A stretch of DNA of 64,000 nt, from assembly GCA_964035545.1 (NCBI GenBank), contig OZ037767.1, positions 22,956,628 through 23,020,627 of the forward strand, in the 5' to 3' direction. The DNA comes from Bugula neritina (taxonomy: Eukaryota > Animalia > Bryozoa). This document shows, piece after piece, positions 53,571 to 64,000 of this stretch. Position 1 is the first letter of the stretch; each line of letters begins with the position of its first letter. A program made the position numbers and the translations under genes. The notes beneath the pieces are model-generated. The model had not been told where the DNA came from, did not search any database, and worked only from the letters and a program-made list of their open reading frames with translations.

Positions 53571-55831
53571 TTAATATATTATTGCAGAAAGATCCAATGA
53601 ACAATATTTTGCACATCACTTATTCAAAATCCACTTAAGTACTAAAATTGTATATTCTGCAACAGAGAAGTTTTGGGTCCCTCTACATTCGAATGTTTGT
53701 GTAGAATATACAGCTATAAAAACTTGCCATCAAAATAATTAACAAGTACATTTGATAACTGGTAAGGCATTTAAAAGAGATATTTTCTTGCTGGTATTCA
53801 ATAGGAAAAAAAGACACACTTAATAAATTGTGCTTAGAGTGTAAGTATGTGGGTTCGAGCTGTTAAGTTATTCAAAGTACATCAGTTTTAAGATGATGCC
53901 TAATTATCAAAATAATACACCATATTCAAAAGATTACGGTTTTATAAACACCGATATTGAAAATTACCAGATTTTAATTATTACAAAATCTAAAAGATCA
54001 CATCTACTATATTAGTTTATTATAAACTTGATGTGCAGCAACTAATGTATATCTTAAATTTAATGCCAAACTCTAATGTTGATGAAAAACTAATATATAT
54101 TTCTTATTAAATTATGAAGAAGACTATGAAAAACCCTATCAAGTATAATTAATTTATTGCTTTTAAATGGTCTGGTGTATTAAAAGTAAATATATAATAA
54201 GCACTGTGTGATAATAAACTAGCTATTAAAAATAACTATGCTGTAATGTGGTTCAATTGTTATAAAGCCAAAAACCTAAAGTGGAATTTATGCATAACTG
54301 TTCAACTATGTGTCTTATATACTGTAATATTTCCTACAACTTCAAATAAATTATTGATGCTAGAAAAAATCATCATTTTATGAAAAGCGTATATAAAAGG
54401 CATTATTTAGTAGTACTAAGGGTTGAAGAGAATAAAAAGTAACTACATAGAATATATTAGGCAGATTTGTGAGCCAATCACATTAATGCTTTAATCGTTA
54501 CTTTAAAATGACTCTATAAAGACATTTTACTTATTGGAGAGTTATGCTCTCTCATATTGTAGAACATCTTTGCCCGAAATCTCCAACACACAGTGTAGAC
54601 ATCCTCTAATACTAAATATCTGCAATGTTTCTAAATGCATTAGCAGCATTACTGTTTACTGTTTGGTAATAATGTCAACTTAGAGAATAAAAAGCTGGTG
54701 TTCTTATAAAATAAACTACCCGTGTTCTGTGAAGTTTAGTAAGTCAGAAGTTTAATTTATATATTCATTATGTTGTTGTCACAGCGCGATGTATTATATG
54801 CAATGCGTATGTGGGGGGGGGGGAGGGAGTTTCCTAGCTGTGATCACATGATCTGATAAGTCTGAGATACAAACACATCACCCTAGGGCCTAGACTTTAT
54901 AGTAAACCTGCCTTAACAAATTAGAGGACATAACTTCAAAGGAAAAAATTTAAGTCAGAAGAAGTAGGGTTGGCAGTATAAGATGACTTGTATATATTAT
55001 AAAGATATATGATCAGGAGAAACTCTTTTACAGTGCATAAAGTTTTAGAGAGATCAGTTTTAGGTGAAGACATCAAAACTAATCAACTAAAATATAAGTT
55101 TGGTTATTTATAAACTTGTCACTCTATTTTTAATAATTATAGTCCTTGTAATGTTTATAAAACTTCAGAACTTCTGTAATACTCTTAATCTCAGAATTCT
55201 TTTTAAATGCTATAGCATATTTGTAATTGTGTATACTATTTTCTATGTTATAACTTTGTTATTCTCGTTGCAATTCAGAAATTGCATAGTACCTACTACA
55301 CTATCCACTCCCTGTATATAACATTATGGCAGCAGTGCTGTATTGCTAAGGTAGAAGTCCTGTATAGAATAGTACCAAACTATCCACTTCTGTTATGAAC
55401 TACAAGGCTGTATTTGAAAACTTAGACCTAACAAGAGAAATACATGTGAGGTGGAAACATGAGATAAAGAAGTCAATTGGCTCAGTATAAATATGTATTC
55501 AAACAACATACTGCATTGCTTGGAGAAAAATTAGAGTAAAAGTAAAATCGAAAGTTCAAAAAATAAAAATATTATAAACTAAAAATCTTCTACAATAATT
55601 AATTTAAATCGCATATTAATAAATTAAAATGTTGATAAATTACAATACTAAAAAGATAAAGCAGGATAGAATCATTTTAAAAACAGTAATACTTCAGAGT
55701 AAATAGCAAAAAAATAATGTAGCTGGAAATAGCCATTTCTAATTATTAGATGCTTTCACTACGTTAGTTATATTTACTAATTTCTGCAGAAATAAAAGTA
55801 GTTGAATAAAACAGCAAAGCTACAGCTTGAC

Positions 55832-56049
55832 GTTACCATGGTACTACGAGCTCTACATGGTACTATGAGCTCTACATGTTACCATGGTACTATGAGCTCT
55901 ACATGGTACTATGAGCTCTACATGTTACCATGGTACTATGAGCTCTACATGGTACCATGGTACTATGAGCTCTACATGTTACCATGGTACTATGAGCTCT
56001 ACATGTTACCATGGTACTATGAGCTCTACATGTTACCATGGTACTATGG
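55832..56049. repeat. 27-bp minisatellite (CATGGTACTATGAGCTCTACATGTTAC)
   Basis: Directly visible, with some truncated 19-bp units. Confidence 0.93.
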
Positions 56050-56528
56050 CATTTATTCTAACGGTCTCCCTGATGTCTAAATGTCTTGTGATCTCTAAGT
56101 TTTAGAAGGATCGTCTGTAGTTGGCTCTAAGGAAGAGCTCTTTGTGATTTTACTGATACTTTTTATAGGTAATTCTATAACAGTTATAGATCATGAATAA
56201 CTGATGAGGAAAAACAAATTAAATAATTGAAAATATATATTTATTGCTAAAAACAATATAAAATCTAATAGATAAAGAATTGTAAATCAATTTTAAATTA
56301 AACATGACAGCAAATAGGCAATTCCGTTGAGTGGACCTTATTTGTAACCCAGAGTTTATCATGATGAAAAAACAGCATAGCATGTTGAGCATCTGTGTGA
56401 ATAAACAGAGTAAATATACCTGTAAACAGTAACCTAGGTGTACTACTCTGTGATGTATAATACTGCAACAACCTTATATAACATTATATCACAGTTAATA
56501 CTAGAATATTCCTAAACACTATATCAAA

Positions 56529-59484
56529 CTATTTCTTTCGAGTTGCTAGGCCTATAGTTCGAGGGTGAGTCAGTTTGTTCGTATACATACCAGGGGCTAT
56601 TAGATTCAATGTTTGGTGCAACATGATGGCTGTTAAACCCCAAATCTTATGCTCTCCGCCAAGAAACACTGGGGTGGTATATCCATTGCCCGGAGAAGTG
56701 AATGTAGTCTGTGCAAAATTCTTAGCTGAGCATAAAGACAGAATGTCTCTTGTGAAAACACACTCAACCTAAAGCAAAGATCACAGCAACTACTGTATTA
56801 TCTTCATTAGGAAATGGGGTGATACAGCATATTAAGTATATCAACAGGCACAACATCAATTACAGTGCTCTCTCCATATCTCACTAAGCTTTGGGTCCCG
56901 AAACCTCCATTCATGACATAGTGGAATACCAGATTTAACTCACGGATCTGTTAAATTCGACCGTTTTGTCCCTACACACATACGTAAGCCACACTGGAGT
57001 CCAAGCTCTTCTCATGAGAAATGGGACCGTGAGATATAAAGGAAGCGCTGTATTTATATTTCACAGACAAAGTTTTGGAACGGAAATAACGTTTATTTAA
57101 AATAAATCTCAACCAAATTTTATAGAGTAGGGTTTGATAAAAGAATGCTACAATATCCAGAGTGTAATATACAACGCACAAGTATTTACTTTGCATTGTG
57201 GAAAATATACTGTCATAGTCAGTGCCCAAGGCTTACCTCATCATAGTTGATGTCAAAATTGTTGACGTCGATTTTTCCTATATTTGCGAGTATTGGAGTA
57301 ATTTCAACATCACCTTTCTACAAGAGAATACAGGAGGGAATGATATCAAGGACTAGGTAGAACTAATCAGATAGTATATGCAAAATAAGAGAAAGGTGTA
57401 CATGTAGTGAATACAGGTAAATACAAAAGAAGATAAATAAAGCAGATAAAAGTTTGAACTTTGACCTTGGTGACTGCTGACCTGCTTTTTCACAAATCTC
57501 AAGATTTTAAAGTTTTTCACACATAGAGTCAGTGTGTTAAAGTTGAAAACTCCACAGAAGGTTAAATAGCTGAGCCATTTGTTAAAACTCCCATTATATT
57601 TAGACCTTCAACAGAAAGTTTTGGGTTCCAAAACAAATTAAATTAAAATTTTCATGGAACATAAAGGAAAAATATAAGAATACTTTGTTGACCTCTAATC
57701 TTATAAATGTGAAACGTCATATAAATATTTGGTTGCTACAATATTCTATCATTTAAAAATTATGTATTCTTTGTTTTATTCTGTCACACTATTTAATGCT
57801 CTGTAGACTGCGTACTACACACTCTTCATGATGAATGCCACTCAGTGTCAGGAAGTAGCTAATGCAGTGCCTCTATTCTTGCATTTTCTGCCATCACATG
57901 GTAATAGTACAATAATCCAACACACTCTCCTAATGATCTAAGGCTATCTATCACTGGCTTTCTAAATACTCAACTTACAGAATAGGGGATGGGTAACATC
58001 CTGCCCCACACATCTACATCAGACATGTTCAGCCCTAATTCCTCTTCACTTTCTCTCAATGCCGTCTCAATACAACTGTTATCTCCGTCACTGGCCATAC
58101 CTCCAGGGAAACTGAAAACACCAATAGACATCTATAACAAGTGTAAAACATGAAGACATGAATAACAAGTGTAAAATATGCAGATGAAAAGCTGATTTGA
58201 ATAAAATGCGAGCTTCTACTCAACAGTAGTTACGATAGACTGACAAAGAATAGTTGTTAACTTGCTAGTTTGTGGCGCAGCAAAATACATGCATATTTAG
58301 AATTACAACCAAGGCTATTTGTGTATACGCATGGGTGCAAGTAAGCCACTCGACCAAAACAGCATGAGGCTAGATGGTACAAAATACTAATTCAAAGAGT
58401 ACTACGGCAATAGAAGAATAACCGAGAAAAACACCAAACTGCATCCTTACCTGACCTGAGCTGCGTGTTTCTTCAGTTTGTTGGACCTTAGGGTAAAGAC
58501 AATGGACGGTTGGCAGTCCACGAAGCATAGAGGTATAAGTACTGCCGCCTGCTTTGTTAGCGAATTATTTGTGCTCCTTTGACTATGTTTTACTGATTTT
58601 TCCAATGCATTCAACTAAAATAAGAAGATGATTACTATACACCTAACAACTTGACACAAAGACAATAAAAATCGTCTGAAATATAAAACAAGTATAAGCA
58701 AAACCTGAATTACTACACAAAAATTTAGATTTATTAAACTTATAAGTAAAGGTTTTCTACATGTATGTAGCAGATGTGCTAGAAATTTCGCATCATTGTG
58801 GTAAATTTTTAAAGAGTAAAAAAACAGTGTATGATTATCAACAATGTTTTTCATAGTATTTCAAATTCACTGAAAACTAAGGAAAAAACTTACTTGCGCT
58901 TTACATCTCTTTTTATTCTGTTCGGAAAGAATATTAATCTGATCAACAGACCCACCAGCTTTCCTTATTGACGCTAGTAACTGTAACAAATACAGATGTA
59001 CAGATGGAATGTGCTAGAACATAACTTGCAATATGATGGTAACGGGCATCCTTCTGTGTGACATGGCAGTAAAAATAAAAACATCTATGACATAAAAATG
59101 TAATATTAGAAATAATGAGATTTACAAAATATGTGTAATTTTTAGACAATGTAGCCAATAAAATACAAACATAATGAAACATTTTAGTATGCACTCTATG
59201 AGCAGTCAAAACAAATACATTCTGTGTTGATAAAGTAACAGGCTTGTCTCAAAAACCTAATATATTACTTTTTTTTAATAAATTTGAAAGTATAACTGAC
59301 AAGCGACTAATAAACACTAACGAAACTAATTTCATTATTGCAGATTAAAATTAGGGTAACACATTTAATCGACTATAAAAGTATGCAGAGGATTAACATA
59401 AATGGGAAAGTTATAATAGTTATACATAATACTTACTTTGAGTTCGAAAAGTTTTTTAGAAGAGTGGTTTATTAGAGATGCCAT
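56529..59484 (-). CDS. NUDT8: Nudix hydrolase 8-like CoA diphosphatase (NUDT7/8 family), 250 aa
   Basis: Exons 59484-59437, 58980-58894, 58614-58451, 58111-57979, 57317-57237 and 56768-56529. Motifs AAVLIPLC, FTLRSNKLKKHAAQVSFPGG (CoA motif), Nudix box GGMASDGDNSCIETALRESEEELGL, VWG and PVFLGGEHKIWGLTAIM...LIAPGMY. Largely absent from the ORF track. Confidence 0.9.
56863..57050. mobile_element. Tc1/mariner (pogo/Tigger-type) MITE in the last NUDT8 intron
   Basis: TA|CAGTGCTCTCTCCATATCTCAC...GTGAGATATAAAGGAAGCGCTG|TA: imperfect 22-bp TIRs with a TA TSD. Confidence 0.7.
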
Positions 59485-62317
59485 ACTGTAGGTCTTGAGT
59501 TCTTTCTCTTTGAAAAACTACCCCCTCATCTGAAATGTAAACAAAGTCAATAAAAGCTATTCTAGGTGCACACCAACACTGTTTGCTACTTTTCAGCATC
59601 TAAAAAAGATCTGGTCCAGTAGTTGAGGTGCTAACCCAGCATAAAACATGTTAAACAGTGTTGGGAGAATAATCCTTAGTAGAATCTAATAAATGGCATC
59701 TATAAATTTGTTTTGTAGTGATGCTATATTTTTATGAAAATCATAGCTGTCATTTAAAATTAAAGCATCATAAATATTGTTATGTTGCTACATGGAGCTG
59801 ACTATGATGCATTTAACTAATAATAGTAAGACAGATGTTAGACTCAGGAGCTATTGGCTAAAATTATTCATACTGAGTCTGACTTAATAAAATAGCTTTA
59901 CTTACAAATCAATTTGACTCTAGAATTAGTTGACTCATGGTAACACTGATAGTGATAGTAGACATAAAACACATACTTACACATAGTCCTACTGATACAA
60001 ATACTCATACTCATAGTGATACTCATAGACTTATATTAATAGCCAAAGCCAAAGGCTATTACTATTAGTATTAGTATTAATATTACTATCACTATGTCAC
60101 CAACTTAGATCTAGTATTTCTATTACTATTAGTATTAGTATTAGCAAATCACTCAAAATAAATGCACTACTAGTAGTAGTATCAGCATGAGTAGCATTAG
60201 ATTAGTATTATTAATGTCTAATTTAGACTAGTAGTACTAGTATTACTATTTTTGCATTTGTTAGTAACACTAACTGTATAACACTTACTATTAGTATTAC
60301 TATTTGTAATTGATTCAGTATAGCATTAAGTTTAACTTAAACCTAACGTGATTAACCATAACTTATAAGATTAACTTTAAGTATAAGTATTACTTTAATT
60401 TAAACAGTTAACTTAAAACTACGTAAAACCATAAGTATAAGTATAACCATAACATTAAGTTATACTTATAGTCATACTGTGACTGTCATACTCATAGTGA
60501 TTAACTTTAAGTTAAAGTGAATAACTTCAAGTTTAACAATAACTGTCAGTGTCTAAGATTAAGTTAAAGTATTATATTTATTACTAAGTTCTATTTTAAC
60601 AAACGATTTAACAACTGTGCGGTTCATTAGTTGAAAATGTGCAAGAAAAGTTTTTCCGTGCAGAAAAAAATTTGCCTACCTCACGTAAATCCCAATAATT
60701 AGTAATCTTCAACGTCAGCTGTACATAAATTTTTAAAAACGGAAACGTGTTTGTTTATATCTGAAAGCGAGGCAAACGGAAAAGTCTGCAAGTTCATTGG
60801 TTAGTTTTTTATTAGTAAATATTGTCATAAACACGTTGGCTCAAAGTACCCAATTCTAAGTTCTCACAAATTTCAAAAGATTCATGATCATCAAAACAGC
60901 TTTTTAAAGTTGATAATCATTGTCCATAATAATCACTTATGAACATGTGCATTGTGCAAACCCAAACCAAAGCTCTTTGCTGCTGAGACCTCAACCCACT
61001 AGTTGAGAACACAACTCCAGTAATCTGTCTAGCCTGCTCTAACTCAGATAGATGCTTTCACTATTTAAGTGTAGGAAAAGTTGACAGAATAAAATATAAA
61101 AGCAAAACTCACATATTTTATTGCTGGAGGTTCTTTGTCTGTAGGGCGGGTGGATGTGACACTCTATGTAGGTGGGTATAAATGGGTTAACAAGTGAAGT
61201 ACCATTATTTTAATAAGTCCATTGCACTGTAAATTGCGTTTCACATCAAATAGTAGCACTCAGTTGTAAACTAAATCAACTGTTGCATAATAATAAAAAG
61301 CATTTTCAAGGAGCTAAATTAGTGCAACTTTAGGTACATTGTCATAATTCAAGCCCAGTAACTACACAGCAGCAAGAAGCAACATTTCTAGAAAATTAGT
61401 CCTGTGTATACAACTGACAAACATTTGGTGCCAACTTTGACTAGGCCCAGGTTTTCAATTAAGTTTCACTTGGAACAATTTTTTTTATTTCCTATCATGA
61501 TGATTAAGTGTTGTGACTATAATTTGCTAGTTAGTTGGTGTGCACTTGCTCTTTTGCTTTCGAACTGCTCTCAAAGCAGTATAATACACACTTAATAGAA
61601 ATAATGTTACATAATGTAGCGCAGCATAATTACTTTTATTAATTATATGTGTTACAATTTGCATATTATATACATTTGAATAATAGCACCACCATGACAG
61701 GCATAAAAACTATATCAAATATGTACACAGCATACATACCGTCCTATATACACTTAAAAATACAATAAATTATCTCATAAAAACTGACCAAATTTGAAAG
61801 TACAGCGGCGTAGGTACACTAAAATATCTAGGGTATACTATACAGACTGTTGAGCACATAGGTAGAAAGAGTATGCACAACTAATTGGAGTCGAGGAGCA
61901 ATACAAGTATTGAATATCATGCACAGCAATAAACAATGTACTGAAATTGAGTGCTGTAAAATATACAAGGTAAATAAAATTAAAATAACACAAATATGCG
62001 ACTATAACATAAAACAAAATACTCTTATATTGAAATATAATGCCATTTTGAATGAACACCATAAATAACATCTGATAGGAACAACCTGATATTTGTCAAA
62101 CACTACAAGAGAAAAATGGAGATCAACTTTGCAAACAAAGTGAGAGAGAACTGTAGGATTGCTTTGAGGAAACAGGAAAAGAGTTGGGAAGAAAATGATT
62201 ATTTTAGAAAAAAAATCAAAAAAACTTAAATTTTGAAAATGGTCAGACAACCCAGCCATAGTTGCTTCGCCAGAATAGAAATATCAGCTTAGTGAGGTCA
62301 CAATATGTACGGATAGT

Positions 62318-62460
62318 ATGTACATGTGTCAGTATATGTCAGTATGTCTCAGGACGTGTCAGCAGGTGTACCCACGTATTCCAATGTGCCAACAGGTGTC
62401 AGCATGTAGACACATGTGCCAACAGGTGTCAGCATGTGCCAGCATATGTATACATGCCGC
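62318..62460. repeat. Degenerate 10/20-bp tandem repeat (ATGTGCCAACAGGTGTCAGC) just downstream of the REV3L stop
   Basis: Directly visible. Confidence 0.8.
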
Positions 62461-62468
62461 TGTTGTCT

Positions 62469-64000
62469 TTAGTAGTTGTTTATTCTACTCAGATACTTGT
62501 CACAGAGGGCTGTTGAGAGTGTGCGCTGTTTCTGTAGCTGAGACTTCTTGTACTGTACAGGGCAGTCTAAGGACGTGCAAGGGACACGCCCGCCTGTTGA
62601 AACTTTAGCACAGGTTCTACACAACTACAAGATACAAAACATAAACTACACATTAAAATGCACATTACATAAACTACACAACTACATAGATTAAATAGAA
62701 AATATTTGCAGATAAAATTTTGATGAATATTAGAAAAGGGCATTATTTTTGTCAATTTACAAAATATATTAGCAAAAAAATTCCTTTCTTCAACTTGGAG
62801 GTGTAAACATAAGGTTACAGAAGGATTTGAGGTATACACATACTTTCTATTAACTACATGTACACTGAGTTTGTCTAGAAGTTGATTTTGGAGTTTGTAA
62901 ATTGTTGTGTTTCAAACGGGTGTATTGATCATAAAATAATTTACAATGAAAACAGTAGAAGTGTTACCACCTTATATATTAACTTGCACAGAAAAGCTGA
63001 TATAGCTGTATATAAATAAACAAAATAAGCGCTGAAGCTAACATGAAAAAGCCATTACATCTTTTAGATTTATGCAATGTCATGCTATAACATAAATTAT
63101 GTTAAAACTCATTGAAATATTTACCATTCTTTACTTATTTACTTACCTGTTCCATAGAATGTTCTAGATGAAGTTGTCTACCCACAATGCTGTTCATTAT
63201 CACAACTGTAGCCTGAGAACCTGCGGTGAGACACTTGCGGCAGATATTGGCTTGGAAACCAGATTCGCACACAAGACACTTAGCAGATCGGAAGTATTGG
63301 GAGAGAGTGCTCTGCAACAGTATGATCTGGTAATGGGAAACTTGACAATATTAAGTATAGGGCTAGACAGAGTGCAGGCAAAATGTCACAATCCTACTGA
63401 GAAATAGTGATTATAGGTCCAAAGCAATATAATATATATATAATATCGATAAACCATGCTCATAAATGGAAAAAATATTTTATTAAAAAGTCAAAAAATA
63501 ATTTATAAAAACTTGACAAAGTGGTTGAAATTCTTACTCTATGAGTCAACATTTCGTTTTTTTGGCACAACTAAATGACTCGGGCATCACCAGTATGAAT
63601 ATCCATAACTAATACCATTAATAACATACATATTTATGTACATAAGATAAATAACAAATACCATTCATATGTATTCATAATACACAGTGTGTGTCTAAAT
63701 GCTTATAAATTTATATATCTAGTACCTTTGTAGATTTAGATGGATCATCACTGTCTATTTTGTAAACTTTTGGTAGTTCTTCAAACCAGCTTTGCACATT
63801 CACACCAAGAACAGACAAAGCTCTAAAAACAGGAAACAAAACGATGACTGTGGAGACAACTTTTACTACTCAGCATCAGTATATTTAATGCTAATAAGCT
63901 TGTGATACTATATAAAATGAACAGTAACACTGGTACTGCATAATAACAGTGATACTACATAGTGACAACATTACATAACAAAGTAGCTCTACCGGTGAAG
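62469..64000 (-). CDS. REV3L: DNA polymerase zeta catalytic subunit, C-terminal end (gene starts beyond the right edge)
   Basis: Exons ...64000-63993, 63822-63726 (ALSVLGVNVQSWFEELPK), 63311-63147 (STLSQYFRSAKCLVC...ICRKC, CysA) and 62624-62469 (LCRTCAK...PCTSLDCPVQYK, CysB Fe-S motif), stop at 62469-62471. Confidence 0.92.

Overview
AT-rich, intron-rich animal genomic DNA. The innexin, antistasin-type inhibitor and Olig-type bHLH fit an invertebrate, possibly a lophotrochozoan (inference only). I assembled eight spliced protein-coding genes by hand from GT-AG junctions with consistent phases: a clan-3/CYP3A-like cytochrome P450 (-, runs off the left edge), a 94-aa secreted antistasin-family inhibitor (-, mostly missed by the ORF track), an innexin (-), WDTC1/adipose (+), a ~921-aa ankyrin-repeat protein (+), an Olig-family bHLH factor (-), NUDT8 (-) and the 3' end of REV3L (-, runs off the right edge). 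Mobile DNA includes hAT, Kolobok-type and Tc1/mariner-type non-autonomous elements, at least four copies of a tRNA-derived SINE, a probable LTR remnant and two Penelope-like element remnants carrying minimal hammerhead ribozyme motifs. The three most notable observations are: (1) a Penelope remnant forming a ~725-bp palindrome, with one intact and one mutated hammerhead core, just upstream of the Olig promoter; (2) a hidden alternative terminal exon that would give the ankyrin protein a Ras-like CaaX tail (KKSVCILM*); (3) an antistasin-type inhibitor with an extra Cys at P1' and a Cys-bearing N-terminal peptide followed by GRR. No prokaryotic-type systems such as CRISPR or operons are present. 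All homology calls are from recognition of motifs, not database searches.
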